From positions 103,863-167,862 of the forward strand of contig JAVYPJ010000001.1 in NCBI GenBank assembly GCA_038733315.1: a stretch of 64,000 nucleotides of DNA. The letters are read 5' to 3'. A model generated the notes under the pieces. The model saw nothing but the letters and a program-made list of their open reading frames with translations. It searched no databases and had not been told where the DNA came from. Positions 9,059 to 19,542 of this stretch are shown here, piece by piece. The position numbers and the translations under genes were made by a program. Within the stretch, counting starts at the first letter, position 1. Every line of letters starts with the position of its first letter. Source of the stretch: Candidatus Aenigmatarchaeota archaeon. Lineage in GTDB: Archaea; Aenigmatarchaeota; Aenigmatarchaeia; CG10238-14; SpSt-28.

Positions 9059-9985
9059 ATGAAAGTTTATCCAATAGCTTTCGATTCCTTAGGAGTAAGG
9101 AGTATGTCAACTATTGTTGTTTTAAATGATATCAAAATTTTTATAGATCCCTATGCTGCTCTAGCACCTATAAGATATGGATTAAAGCCAAGTCATTTAG
9201 AAATTGAAATGTTAAATTTTTACCTTGAACAAATATATAAACTTGGAAGTTATTGTGACTATGCCATAATTACTCACTATCATTACGATCATCATCCTAT
9301 ACCAGAGGATAATAATTTTTTTAAAAGTTTTAAAAAATGTCATTTTTTAATAAAGGATTTCGAAAAAGAACATTTTAGTGCCAAAAAAAGAGGAAGTGTT
9401 TTCACTAATAATTTAAAAAAGAATAAAATAAGCTTTGAGTTTGTAGATGGTAAAAAGATAAAGATAGAAGATATTAAGATAAAGTTTTCGAAGCCTGTTT
9501 GGCATGGAGAAGTAAACTCTAAGGTTGGAAGAGTTATAATGGTTTGCATAGAGTATTTAAATAGAAAGTTATTTTTTGGAAGCGATGCACAGTTTTTAAT
9601 AGATAAAAATGCCTTGAAATTTGCATTAAAAACAAAACCAAATTACTTAATTATCGATGGATTCCCAACAATTTTAGAGGGTTATAAAGTAAAGCATGAA
9701 AGTTTTCTTGAAGGAATAAAAAATATGAAAAAAATATTTGGAAGGGTTAATTATAGCTGGATTATAATAGACCATCATTTACTAAGAGATAAGGATTTTG
9801 AAAAGAAATTTCCTTTTTTTGATTATAAAAAAATAATCACCGCAGCAAAATTTTATAATTTAGAAAATTTGTTATTAGAAGCTTATAGAAAAGAAATATA
9901 TAAAAAAGAAATAATTTTTGATTTAGAAGTTTATAAAGATAACGCTAGAAAAGTTATCTCTAAAATAATAAATTCTTCGATATAA
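9059..9985 (+). CDS. UPF0282-type metallo-beta-lactamase-fold hydrolase
   Basis: FDSLGVRSM, THYHYDHH, DHHLLRD, LLEAYR. Confidence 0.9.
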   Translation: MKVYPIAFDSLGVRSMSTIVVLNDIKIFIDPYAALAPIRYGLKPSHLEIEMLNFYLEQIYKLGSYCDYAIITHYHYDHHPIPEDNNFFKSFKKCHFLIKDFEKEHFSAKKRGSVFTNNLKKNKISFEFVDGKKIKIEDIKIKFSKPVWHGEVNSKVGRVIMVCIEYLNRKLFFGSDAQFLIDKNALKFALKTKPNYLIIDGFPTILEGYKVKHESFLEGIKNMKKIFGRVNYSWIIIDHHLLRDKDFEKKFPFFDYKKIITAAKFYNLENLLLEAYRKEIYKKEIIFDLEVYKDNARKVISKIINSSI

Positions 9986-9995
9986 TAATTTCTTT

Positions 9996-10541
9996 ATGAA
10001 AAAAGTTTTTAAAATAAAAAACTTAAGAATTTTATTACGAGAAATTGAAAGAAAAGATGTTAAAAGAGTTGATGAATTCTTAGAATATATAAATTTGCTT
10101 GTGAAAGAAAATGCCATGATTTTAATTAACAGAGAATTAACTAGAAAAGAAGAAAAGGAATTTTTATTGAGAGTTTTAGAAAACGTAAGGAAAAGAAAGG
10201 AGGTTATTATAATAGCAGAAGATTTAGATAATAGAAAAATCGCGGGAATAGTTAATATTGAAAAGGGTAAATATAGACAATCTCATGTAGGAATCTTGGG
10301 AATTTCTGTAAGGAAAGAGTATAGGGGCATTGGGTTAGGAAAAATATTAATGAACGAGGTTATTAAGTTGGCTAAGAAAAGACTAAAAATAAAATTAGTT
10401 AAGTTGGATGTTTTTGAAAATAATAAAATAGCTATAAACTTGTATAAAAAAGTGGGATTTAAAATAGTTGGTAGAATTCCAAAAATGAATTATTATAATG
10501 GAAAATTTGTAGATTATATTGTAATGATAAAGGAGTTATGA
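9996..10541 (+). CDS. GNAT acetyltransferase
   Basis: GISVRKEYRGIGLG, LDVFENNKIAINLYKKVGF. Confidence 0.93.
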   Translation: MKKVFKIKNLRILLREIERKDVKRVDEFLEYINLLVKENAMILINRELTRKEEKEFLLRVLENVRKRKEVIIIAEDLDNRKIAGIVNIEKGKYRQSHVGILGISVRKEYRGIGLGKILMNEVIKLAKKRLKIKLVKLDVFENNKIAINLYKKVGFKIVGRIPKMNYYNGKFVDYIVMIKEL

Positions 10542-10563
10542 ATTTTAAAAAGGATAAATTTAT

Positions 10564-11181
10564 ATGTTAGAGATTTTTAAAGAAAGGAAGAAAATAGCTA
10601 TTCGAAAACTATTAGACGCTATTAAAAACAAAGAGGTCGATCAGCCAATAGAAAAAGAGTTACTAAGGTTAAATGAATATGAAATTGTTTATTCAACTTC
10701 TAGCTGTTCTGGAAGAATTGCACTATTGGTTGATAAGGGAAATAAAAAGGATTCTTACTTTATAGCAAAATGGCATAAAACTGTTGCTCCAAAGGATGTT
10801 ATAGAATCGCTAAAAAAAGATATGAATCATGAATTAATTTTTTTCAAACAAGAGCCATTCATTATACATTTAGTTTTTCCAAAATTAAGAGTTACTAGAG
10901 ATGTGCTTACAATTGCTAGAGAAGTCGGATTTAAACATAGCGGAATAATAAGCATGAAAAAAGAAAAAATTGTCTTAGAGATTACTGGATTAGAAAGAAT
11001 AGATTTTCCGATTGTTATAAATTCCGAGCTTGTAATATCTCTAGAAAATTTTTCTAAGATAGTTGATCTTGCCAATTCAAAATTAGTTAGAAACGAAAAA
11101 ATGAGAAATGTCTTCTTTTCAAAACTTTTTGAATATTTAGATAAAAATTATAAAAGCTGTGAAATAAATAGTTATCTATAA
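10564..11181 (+). CDS. taw3: tRNA wyosine-derivative methyltransferase Taw3 (TYW3 family)
   Basis: EVD, STSSCSGRI, KWH, EPFIIH, GFKHSG. Confidence 0.93.
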   Translation: MLEIFKERKKIAIRKLLDAIKNKEVDQPIEKELLRLNEYEIVYSTSSCSGRIALLVDKGNKKDSYFIAKWHKTVAPKDVIESLKKDMNHELIFFKQEPFIIHLVFPKLRVTRDVLTIAREVGFKHSGIISMKKEKIVLEITGLERIDFPIVINSELVISLENFSKIVDLANSKLVRNEKMRNVFFSKLFEYLDKNYKSCEINSYL

Positions 11182-11183
11182 GG

Positions 11184-11645
11184 TTAATAGGAATTGATTA
11201 TATTTTCTATCTCATCCATAACTTTTTCTGCATCGTTATAAAAAACCCCTTCAAATATTTTTTTACCTAAATCTAAATACTTTTCTTCGTTATAAATTTT
11301 TAAAGTCTCATTAATTAGGTTGTAAAGCCTAAGGTCTTCTTCCTTTAAGCTTTCTAAATAATTTTTTATATTTTTATTATTATTGTTTTTGTATATCCAG
11401 TATGCAAATGCCAATGAAACTAAGAATCTATATATATCTATACCACACATACTTTTTATTCCCGTTTTCAATAACTCATTCTCGCACTCTTCACAAATTT
11501 CTTGGATGTCTTCTTGGATGTTTTTTGTTTTGCCTTGATTCTCAAAAATTTTAAAGATTTTATCAAGAATATCGAATCTATCCTTTATACTTAGCTTAAG
11601 ATCCGAGTTATAAAGGAATGTGGATAAATCTTTCAAAGTATCCAT
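11184..11645 (-). CDS. Hypothetical protein
   Basis: 153-aa helical ORF filling the gap between genes, genome-typical composition. Confidence 0.7.
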   Translation of the reverse strand: MDTLKDLSTFLYNSDLKLSIKDRFDILDKIFKIFENQGKTKNIQEDIQEICEECENELLKTGIKSMCGIDIYRFLVSLAFAYWIYKNNNNKNIKNYLESLKEEDLRLYNLINETLKIYNEEKYLDLGKKIFEGVFYNDAEKVMDEIENIINSY

Positions 11646-11692
11646 AAAATATTTGGTATCCTTAATATTAATTTTTTACTTTTTAGTAATTA

Positions 11693-12262
11693 CTATTTTT
11701 CAGAAATTATTTTAGCTTCGAATTCGTAAATCTCTGTTTTTTCATCTAACCAACAATCCTTATCTAAGCCAGCTTTGTAACATAGGTTTTCAATAAAAAG
11801 TCTCTCATCGCTTAAAATATTCCAAACTTGCGGAAGAAATAATCCAGATTTAAATCCTTTAATAATCATATAACCTTTATTCTTATCTAATAGGTTTAGT
11901 ATTTCTTTTCGGTTTTTTACTTTATCGTCTATTCTTCTCAATTCTCCTAATATAGTTACTTCTATTTTAATTTTATCTAGCTCATCTTCTTTTAATTCCT
12001 CAAATCTAGTATCTCTACACGCTTCCTTAGCCGCCTTTGAAATAGCGATAGCTAACGGATATATAGGATAGGGAAATCCTATGCAACCTCTCAACTCTTT
12101 TTCTTTATAAATACTAACAAAAACTCCTTTTAACTCAGAAAATTCTTTCGGCAAAAGTTCTAAATCTATCTCTGATTCCCTTTTATCTTTAACAAATTTC
12201 TCTATGGATTTCCTAGCTATTTCTATTGCGATTTTATCGAATTCGCTATCATTACTGAGCAT
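11693..12262 (-). CDS. AMMECR1-domain protein
   Basis: GVFVSI, LRGCIG, DTRF, GLFLPQV, LCYKAGL. Confidence 0.95.
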   Translation of the reverse strand: MLSNDSEFDKIAIEIARKSIEKFVKDKRESEIDLELLPKEFSELKGVFVSIYKEKELRGCIGFPYPIYPLAIAISKAAKEACRDTRFEELKEDELDKIKIEVTILGELRRIDDKVKNRKEILNLLDKNKGYMIIKGFKSGLFLPQVWNILSDERLFIENLCYKAGLDKDCWLDEKTEIYEFEAKIISEK

Positions 12263-12323
12263 AAAAGTTTTTTAGTAGTTAAAAATAATCAAAAGCTTAT
12301 AAATATTTATTTAAAAAGATATT

Positions 12324-12719
12324 ATGGCAAAGTATCACGACGAAATAAAAGGAAGAACTCCTACTGGGGGAAAATTTATTCCGCATTATAAGGTTAAAAA
12401 GAAATGTCACTTAGGTGGAGATGAAATATTAACTGAATTAAGCGAAGTGGAAAAAAGAATAATAAAGAGAGTTAAGGGAGGTAATAAAAAAATTAAATTA
12501 AAACTTGCAGCCTATGCAAATGTTTTTGATGGTAAGAATTATAAAAAAGTTAAAATACTTGATGTTGTAGAAAATAAGGCGCACCCACTTTATGAAAGAA
12601 GAAAAATAATAACTAAGGGTGCTTTAATTAAGACAGAAATAGGTTTGGCTAAGGTAACTTCTAGACCTTCGCAAGACGGAATAGTTAACGCTATTCTAAT
12701 TCAAAAATCAAATATCTAA
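12324..12719 (+). CDS. rps8e: 30S ribosomal protein eS8
   Basis: TGGK, RVKGGN, IITKGALIKTEIGLAKVTSRPSQDGIVNA. Confidence 0.97.
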   Translation: MAKYHDEIKGRTPTGGKFIPHYKVKKKCHLGGDEILTELSEVEKRIIKRVKGGNKKIKLKLAAYANVFDGKNYKKVKILDVVENKAHPLYERRKIITKGALIKTEIGLAKVTSRPSQDGIVNAILIQKSNI

Positions 12720-13409
12720 AATTAGTTCTTCTTCTGATAAAAAATTGGAAAAAAATCTGTTAATATTCTCTAAATCTCTTTTAAACATCTCATCATACAC
12801 TATAGAATCACTTCTCACACCATGGCTAAAATCTATTAGATAAATTCTATCATTTCCAACTAAAATGTTGTGCTCGCTTAAATCACCATGTACCAAACCT
12901 ATTTTTTTAAGATTTTTCATGTTTTCTATTATTTGAAAATAAAAGTTTTTAGCGGATTGATAATCTAAGTTTACATCTTTTAGTTGAGGATATGAAACTC
13001 CGTTTTCACCTAAGAATTCCATCACTAAAATATTTTGATAAGATATTATTGGTCTTGGGCAACTAACTTTTCCCTTTTCGTATGCAATCCTTAAATTTCT
13101 ATACTCTCTGTTACACCAAGCAAACACAACATTTCTTTTTTCTCTTTTTATTCTTCCATACCTCGAATCTAGTACTAACAAATTTCTCATCATTTTAAAA
13201 TCTGAATGATAAATTCTGTATATCTTTATTGCAATAAAATTTTTTTCAAAATCTTTGCCCAAAAAAATCACACTTTCTTTTCCCTCTTTAATAATTCCAA
13301 CCAAACCAAAGATAACTCTTCTATTTCTAAGCTCAACTAGAGCTTTAATTGTTAAATCGTCTAAAACCTTAGAGAAAACTTTTAAGCCTTCTTTAAAATC
13401 TAAGCTCAT
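12708..13409 (-). CDS. rio1: RIO1-family Ser/Thr kinase
   Basis: GKESVI, AIKIYR, LVMEFLG, VHGDLSEHNIL, IDFS. Confidence 0.94.
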   Translation of the reverse strand: MSLDFKEGLKVFSKVLDDLTIKALVELRNRRVIFGLVGIIKEGKESVIFLGKDFEKNFIAIKIYRIYHSDFKMMRNLLVLDSRYGRIKREKRNVVFAWCNREYRNLRIAYEKGKVSCPRPIISYQNILVMEFLGENGVSYPQLKDVNLDYQSAKNFYFQIIENMKNLKKIGLVHGDLSEHNILVGNDRIYLIDFSHGVRSDSIVYDEMFKRDLENINRFFSNFLSEEELILDI

Positions 13410-13698
13410 TTGGTAAGTTTTTTATGTATCCGTTTTTTCTTAACCAATTTGATTCAGCTTGAGTATATACGTGAATTATATCACATCTATTTTCCATAAA
13501 TGGCCATTTTTTAACTAAAACGACATCTCCAACCTTAATCCAAAACCTTCTAGAAATTTTTCCAGCAATTCTTCCCATTCTTTCTTTCCCATCTTCACAA
13601 ATAACTTTAACTTTATCTCCAGCATAAAACATCTCAACTAAACCATAAGTTTCTCCATTCTTTTCGTCTGCAATTCTAATTTTTGGCTCTTCGTTCAT
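13393..13698 (-). CDS. eif1a: Translation initiation factor aIF-1A
   Basis: CEDGKERMGRIAGK, WIKVGDVVLV; adjacent to rio1. Confidence 0.95.
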   Translation of the reverse strand: MNEEPKIRIADEKNGETYGLVEMFYAGDKVKVICEDGKERMGRIAGKISRRFWIKVGDVVLVKKWPFMENRCDIIHVYTQAESNWLRKNGYIKNLPNELRF

Positions 13699-14363
13699 AC
13701 TTTTCTTATTAGTATAGTATCTAAATATACCTTTTTTCCATTCTTAACTCCAACTAAGGTCTTTGAAATTTTATATTCAACAGAGTTTAGATTATTTAAT
13801 ATAAGATTTAATATTTCATATGCAGTTTTTTTCGAACCTATATACAAATCTATTCCATCCTTATTCCTTTCAATTTTAGAAATGAAGCTTAAAAAATCTT
13901 TCAAATTTCTTCTTCTAACCAAATCCTCTATCTCTTTTATTAAACTTTCGCTAACATCAAATCTTAGCTGAATTATAGCCTGTTTATATCCACTAAGTTT
14001 CATTGCACAAAAAATGCAAGTAAATAATTTTTCCTGAATTTCAATCCTCCTCTCTAAAACTAAAATGTTATCATAGAAAAAATAAACAAACATTTCGCTA
14101 TCTTTATACTTAATTTTTCTCTCTAAATTTATTTTTTTAAAAAAATCTGCATGTTTTCCAAGATGTTCAATAGCTTCTTCAAAAAAATTAAAGAGATGTT
14201 TCTTAGAAAGAGAATATTTTCCACAATGCTTACATTTATATATCGTTATTTTTTCTGGAATTCTTAATTCTTTTTCGATTTCCCTTCTAAAACAATCTAA
14301 ACAAAACTTTTCCACAAATATTTCTACATTCTTTCCACATTTTGGACAAATTCTCTTTATCAT
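13695..14363 (-). CDS. NMD3-like protein
   Basis: Four CxxC pairs, AIIQLR, GIDLYIGS; start at MIKRICPKC. Confidence 0.88.
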   Translation of the reverse strand: MIKRICPKCGKNVEIFVEKFCLDCFRREIEKELRIPEKITIYKCKHCGKYSLSKKHLFNFFEEAIEHLGKHADFFKKINLERKIKYKDSEMFVYFFYDNILVLERRIEIQEKLFTCIFCAMKLSGYKQAIIQLRFDVSESLIKEIEDLVRRRNLKDFLSFISKIERNKDGIDLYIGSKKTAYEILNLILNNLNSVEYKISKTLVGVKNGKKVYLDTILIRKV

Positions 14364-14398
14364 TAAAAATAAATAGATTAAATATAGAAAACAATTTA

Positions 14399-14998
14399 AT
14401 GAAATATACAACATTTTTACTATTTTTGATTTTTATTAGTTTTGCACTACAGATATTCATAAAAGGATATACTCAAGCTTTTGCTCTAATTCCAAAAAAT
14501 GTTGTAGAAGACTTAGAAATATACAGAATTATAACTTCGATTTTTTTACATGGCGATTTTTTACATCTCTTTTTTAACTCCTTTGCGCTCTTTATGTTTG
14601 GTGGTGTATTAGAGAAAATTATAGGACCTAAAAAATTTATATTGTTATTTTTTTTAAGTGGAATTATAGGAAGCATAGCATATATTTTAACAAGTTTTTT
14701 ATTAGGAGAATTTAATGTACCTGCATTAGGAGCGAGCGGAGCGATTTATGGTATAATAGGGGCTTTAGCAGTTTTAAGACCAACAACTATAGTTTTAATT
14801 TATTTTACTCCAGTACCATTACTTTTCTTAGCGTTTTTTTGGATAATAACAGAAAGCCTTGCAACTCTTCTCCAATTTTTTGGAGCTAAAAGTGGTATAG
14901 CTTCACAAGCACACTTAGCTGGGCTTTTGTTTGGAATGTTTATTGGACTAAGAATTAAAGAAAGGTATAAAGGTATAAAAGTTAAATACGAATTTTAG
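14399..14998 (+). CDS. Rhomboid intramembrane serine protease
   Basis: FLHGDFLHLFFN, GASGAIYG, AHLAG; start at MKYTT. Confidence 0.95.
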   Translation: MKYTTFLLFLIFISFALQIFIKGYTQAFALIPKNVVEDLEIYRIITSIFLHGDFLHLFFNSFALFMFGGVLEKIIGPKKFILLFFLSGIIGSIAYILTSFLLGEFNVPALGASGAIYGIIGALAVLRPTTIVLIYFTPVPLLFLAFFWIITESLATLLQFFGAKSGIASQAHLAGLLFGMFIGLRIKERYKGIKVKYEF

Positions 14999-14999
14999 C

Positions 15000-17456
15000 T
15001 TATATGTTATTTTTAAAAAAATGAGATAGAGACTTCTGCCTTGTTTTTGATAAGATATCTGATTCAGAAATGTTTAAAACTGAGAGAACTCTTAAAGCAG
15101 CTGGTAATATTTGGTTTGTAATGTAATAATCCACATCGATATCTTCTTTTTTTGCAAAAAGAAAATATTCAGCTTTTTCTGAGATTGAATTGCCTTGCTT
15201 AACTATAACAAAAGGAACTATGCATCCTTCTGTTAAATTTATTCCTCTTCTAATTGCTTTTTTAGCTGCTATTACATGCGGGCTAATCTGCTTATATTCT
15301 TCTATGTTTTTTGTTAGCTGTTCGTGAATTGTAACATCTTCTATTTTAAAATCGTAATTTCTGAGTTTTTGAATTACTTCTCTAACATATTCTATTGCCT
15401 TATTTACATCATTTTCTCTAAGTATTATTTCTAAAACTTTTCTTTGAACAACCTTAGCTAATCTACACCAATCTCTCCTAACAGTTTCAAATCCTCTAAT
15501 TTCTAATTCATTATTCTCGCTTAGAAGCGCATATCTTTTTTTAGCACCTATATCTTTCTCTCTTCTCTTTACAAAAATTCCTCTAATATAAAATCCTCTA
15601 TATTCTAACTCCATTTTACCCTTGAAAGAAGAATTAACCATATCAAGAAACTTTTTCCCAATATCTATTAATTCATCTTTATTTAAAGATTTATTAGAAA
15701 CCATAAGAGAATCGGTATCTCCATATATTATTTCCAAACCAAAATTTTTTGCAAGCTCCGATACGTTTTTTATATAATATCTTTCGAAAGCCGTAACACT
15801 TTCTGCACATTCTCTTTTATACCACCTTGCACCGACATAACCCATATAACCATAAGTTGCGTTTGCAAGAATCTTTAATGAATATTGAAAACTATCCAAT
15901 AACTTAAAATCCTCGCTATTCTTATCTAAGTTTTTTAAATTTTTTTTAATTCTAGCCCTTTCATCTATTAAGAACTCTAAGTGCTTAGGTATAAACCCTT
16001 TTTTCATAACACAAAAATGATAGTTTAATTCTGGAACTTTATTTTCCTCTTTGCATTTTTGATGTTCGCAATTAAACGTATCCATAGAAATGTTATGAGT
16101 AATTATTATAGTTGGATATAGCGACCTAAAATCAAATACTATTATATTTTCGTGAATTCCCGTTTTTGGTTCAAAAACAAAAGCACCTTTATATGGAGCT
16201 TTCATTCTTCTTATTTTAAGCTCTTCGTGTTTTGGTCTATTTGGAGCTATTTGGTTATCTTTAAAAGAATTTCTCAATAGATAAGCTTCTACTAATTGAG
16301 AATATGTATTCCTACAAACATCGAAAAGAGTTAAATATGTTATCCTTGATAATGAAATTAATTGTGGTAAAAAGATTTCTAACAATCTTAAAACTAATTC
16401 ACAATCCCAAATGTTGTATTCTATAATCTTTTCTATGTTTAATTTTTCCATAAGAGATTTCTGCATCTCTTCAAAAGTAATTTCTTTTTTTCCATAACCT
16501 AAAAATTCCTTTGCTACAGCGTCTAATGTTAAAACCTCTGTTTTTATTATCGGAGATAATATATGATCGACATAAACATAAACATCTAAATAAGCCCTTC
16601 CAGGTATTTTATAACTTTGGACCCATCCTCTCTTAATAGTTTTTAATTTAGACTCTTCTCTTCCTATTCTCAATTCTATTCCATAGTTTTTTGCCTTTTC
16701 TTTCAGCAATGGAAAATCGAAACCATCTGTATTATATCCAGCTAAAATATCTGGATTAGCTTCTTTTATTGTATCAATAAATTTTTTAATAAGCTCCTTT
16801 TCTGTTTTAAAAACTTCTACATTTTCTTTTGGTGCTTTAAAACCAAAATCTAAACTTAAAGTTTTTTTAAACCCATCGTTACCAACTATGGATATTAAAG
16901 CTATTTTCATTGAACCCTTCTCTTCTAAAATCTCTATATCAAAAGCATAAATTTTCATCTTAGGTATTTTTTGCAACTCAATTCTTTCTATTTTTTTAGC
17001 TAATATTTTTTTATTTTTTTCTATACCATATACCTTAATCCAGCCCGAAGGAGCTATATCATTATCTATTAAAAATCTTCTATAGAAAGGTATGTCATAT
17101 TCAAAAGTTTCTAAAATCTCTTTAAAATTATCTTTCAAAAATTTTCTGAATTTTGGAACTTTTTTTGGATTGTTTATAGATATTTTTATTACTTTTATTT
17201 CCCTTCCTAAAAATTCTTTATTTAAAACTTCGATTTTTTCTATCCTTACATCTATAACCTTTAAGTTTTTTAATTTTTCGATAAAATTCTCTAAATCCTT
17301 CTCATCAACAAGAATATAAAAATATGGCAAAAAATCTCTATAAAAAACTATATAATTTTCATTATTTTCGTCTTTGCAAAAAATTCTTATTATAGGCTTT
17401 CCCTCTTTTTTAGATAAAATATAATCGATGTCCAAAACAAAAAGAGCTCTTTCCAT
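15000..17456 (-). CDS. polB: Family B DNA polymerase (PolB3 type), intein-free
   Basis: Exo FDIE; DFRSLYPTII; KILANATYGY; YGDTDS; C-terminal PIP box QKSLSHFF. Confidence 0.98.
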   Translation of the reverse strand: MERALFVLDIDYILSKKEGKPIIRIFCKDENNENYIVFYRDFLPYFYILVDEKDLENFIEKLKNLKVIDVRIEKIEVLNKEFLGREIKVIKISINNPKKVPKFRKFLKDNFKEILETFEYDIPFYRRFLIDNDIAPSGWIKVYGIEKNKKILAKKIERIELQKIPKMKIYAFDIEILEEKGSMKIALISIVGNDGFKKTLSLDFGFKAPKENVEVFKTEKELIKKFIDTIKEANPDILAGYNTDGFDFPLLKEKAKNYGIELRIGREESKLKTIKRGWVQSYKIPGRAYLDVYVYVDHILSPIIKTEVLTLDAVAKEFLGYGKKEITFEEMQKSLMEKLNIEKIIEYNIWDCELVLRLLEIFLPQLISLSRITYLTLFDVCRNTYSQLVEAYLLRNSFKDNQIAPNRPKHEELKIRRMKAPYKGAFVFEPKTGIHENIIVFDFRSLYPTIIITHNISMDTFNCEHQKCKEENKVPELNYHFCVMKKGFIPKHLEFLIDERARIKKNLKNLDKNSEDFKLLDSFQYSLKILANATYGYMGYVGARWYKRECAESVTAFERYYIKNVSELAKNFGLEIIYGDTDSLMVSNKSLNKDELIDIGKKFLDMVNSSFKGKMELEYRGFYIRGIFVKRREKDIGAKKRYALLSENNELEIRGFETVRRDWCRLAKVVQRKVLEIILRENDVNKAIEYVREVIQKLRNYDFKIEDVTIHEQLTKNIEEYKQISPHVIAAKKAIRRGINLTEGCIVPFVIVKQGNSISEKAEYFLFAKKEDIDVDYYITNQILPAALRVLSVLNISESDILSKTRQKSLSHFFKNNI

Positions 17457-17479
17457 AAAAATTTAAAATCTTATTTTTT

Positions 17480-18172
17480 ATGAAGATTGGCATTTTTTAT
17501 ACAGGTGGAAAAGATTCTACATTAACTATACTTAAGGCTATAGAAGATGGATATGAAGTTAAGTATCTGTTTACTGTAAAACCTAAGAATTTTGATTCTT
17601 ATATGTTTCACTCTGTTACCTTAGATATTACAAAAATTCAGGCAAAGTTAATGAATATAGAGCATGTATTTTTTGAAGTAAGTGGAGAAAAGGAAAAAGA
17701 GGTTAATGAGTTAATAGAGAATTTAAAAAATTTTTATAGAGAAATAGATTGCATAGGCGTGGGGGCAATAAAAAGCTTATATCAATACAAAAGATTTGAA
17801 AAAATAGCCAATAAATTTAATCTTAAAATATATGCTCCGCTATGGAATAGAGAATGCAAAAATATTTGGAAAGAGCTTTTAGAAAGAGAATTTAAAATAA
17901 TAATTACAAAAATTAGTGCTGAAGGTTTAGAGGAGGAAATGCTTGGAAAAGTTATAGATTATAGAATGTTAGAATGTTTAATAAAAAAGAGTGAAAAATA
18001 CATGTTTGATTTGTGTTTTGAAGGTGGAGAGGCCGAAACCTTAGTTTTAGATTGCCCACTATTTTCTAAGGAAATAGAAATAAAAAATTTTGAAATAAAA
18101 AGAGATTTAAACTCCTCTTGGATGGAAATTAAAGAATTAGAACTAAAAAACAAGCTAAAAAGGAAAGTATAA
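17480..18172 (+). CDS. Diphthine-ammonia ligase (Dph6 family)
   Basis: TGGKDS PP-loop, SYMFH, APLW, EGGEAETLVLDCPLF. Confidence 0.92.
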   Translation: MKIGIFYTGGKDSTLTILKAIEDGYEVKYLFTVKPKNFDSYMFHSVTLDITKIQAKLMNIEHVFFEVSGEKEKEVNELIENLKNFYREIDCIGVGAIKSLYQYKRFEKIANKFNLKIYAPLWNRECKNIWKELLEREFKIIITKISAEGLEEEMLGKVIDYRMLECLIKKSEKYMFDLCFEGGEAETLVLDCPLFSKEIEIKNFEIKRDLNSSWMEIKELELKNKLKRKV

Positions 18173-19517
18173 TCGCTATTATAGAATTTATTTTCAGAAT
18201 TTCGACCTCTTTTCCTTTAAGTTCATCTATTACTGCTATTATTGCAGAGATGTTATATAAAGAAATCATATTCCCTATTCCAGCTCCAATACTTTGCAAT
18301 GCAAGAACTTTATCTACATTTAAATTCAAAGCAGTTGCTATTTCTTGTTGAAACTTTATAAAGGTTAGATTAGATAGTGTTGCCGACCCAAAAATAAAAG
18401 CACCAAAAACTCCTATTATAGGCGAAATTATTAGAAAATACTTATCAAAACCAATAAAATAGTTTTTTAAGTTATCCATAACACCCTTAACTCCTATGGA
18501 ATTTTCTGAAGATAAAGTTAAGTAAGAGGAGACAAAAGATAAAAAGAATATTATAAAAAAAAGTCTAATAGATTTCTTTAATATTTCTAATGAATAAATC
18601 TTTATTCTTTTTCTATTATTTAATGCCAAAAATAGCGCTATGGATAAAATTATTATACTTATATTAAAAAAATTCAATATTTCAATTATTATTGGAATGT
18701 TAGAGCTTCTTAATATTACAAAAATTATTATCGCAATAAAAAATGGTGAAAAAATTTTTAAAAAAAATCTAAATCTCGAAATGTTTTTAAAGAATATGAA
18801 AAAAAGTGCTCCTATGGATGCCAAAATTATTGTAAGCGTGAAAAATTGTGTATGAGCAACAATAATTGAAATGATAAAAAATACTATAATAGAAGCGATG
18901 GTTTCCTTTTTAAAAGTTAAAAAGCTATGCATTTCTTTTTCAAACTTTAAATAAAAAGTTAATGCCACTAAAAATATGAAAAATATGAAAATGGAAAAAA
19001 TTATACCAACTATCTTTACGAATTCTAAACTATTCGCATCCTTAGCGCCTATTATTATAGGTGTAGAAAAAGCTCCAAAAGTTGAATAAGTATCTGTAAT
19101 TAAAGAGATAGAAGCTGATAATAATGGATTAAAACCAAGAGTATATAAGCTCTTAACTGCTATAATACCGGGCGTTCCGAAACCTACTAGACCTTCTATT
19201 AATATTGTGAGAAAAATTCCTATTGCAACAAAATTCAAAAAATTTTTCTCTTTAAAAGATTTGAAAAATTTTGTATTTTCCTTCTCTATTATCTTAAACA
19301 AGAATAATACTGAAAAAACTAAAAGAAAGATTTTAAAACCTGTAAGAAAGGAATCTATATGAGCAAGCAAAATTTTATAAAAATAAATTCCGATTGAAAT
19401 AGATACTATTAGAGTTATTAAATAAGAGAAAAACAGTGTTTTAAATAAATCTCGAGTTAAAAATAGAAGAAAAAATAAGGAGATTATAGGAAGGAATAAA
19501 AATATTTCTGATATCAT
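18129..19517 (-). CDS. L-lactate permease (LctP family), divergent
   Basis: IEGLVGFGTP, FGAFSTPI, FGSATLSNLTF, ALQSIGAGIGNMIS. Confidence 0.85.
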   Translation of the reverse strand: MISEIFLFLPIISLFFLLFLTRDLFKTLFFSYLITLIVSISIGIYFYKILLAHIDSFLTGFKIFLLVFSVLFLFKIIEKENTKFFKSFKEKNFLNFVAIGIFLTILIEGLVGFGTPGIIAVKSLYTLGFNPLLSASISLITDTYSTFGAFSTPIIIGAKDANSLEFVKIVGIIFSIFIFFIFLVALTFYLKFEKEMHSFLTFKKETIASIIVFFIISIIVAHTQFFTLTIILASIGALFFIFFKNISRFRFFLKIFSPFFIAIIIFVILRSSNIPIIIEILNFFNISIIILSIALFLALNNRKRIKIYSLEILKKSIRLFFIIFFLSFVSSYLTLSSENSIGVKGVMDNLKNYFIGFDKYFLIISPIIGVFGAFIFGSATLSNLTFIKFQQEIATALNLNVDKVLALQSIGAGIGNMISLYNISAIIAVIDELKGKEVEILKINSIIAIILSFLACFLVLIL

Positions 19518-19542
19518 AAAAACACTTTATTCTAACAGAAAA

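Noticed and set aside
15000..17456. Intein in PolB (also checked RFC-L and Topo VI)
   Set aside because: Lengths and motif spacing are normal, with no C/S...HN-C/S/T junctions or LAGLIDADG motifs.
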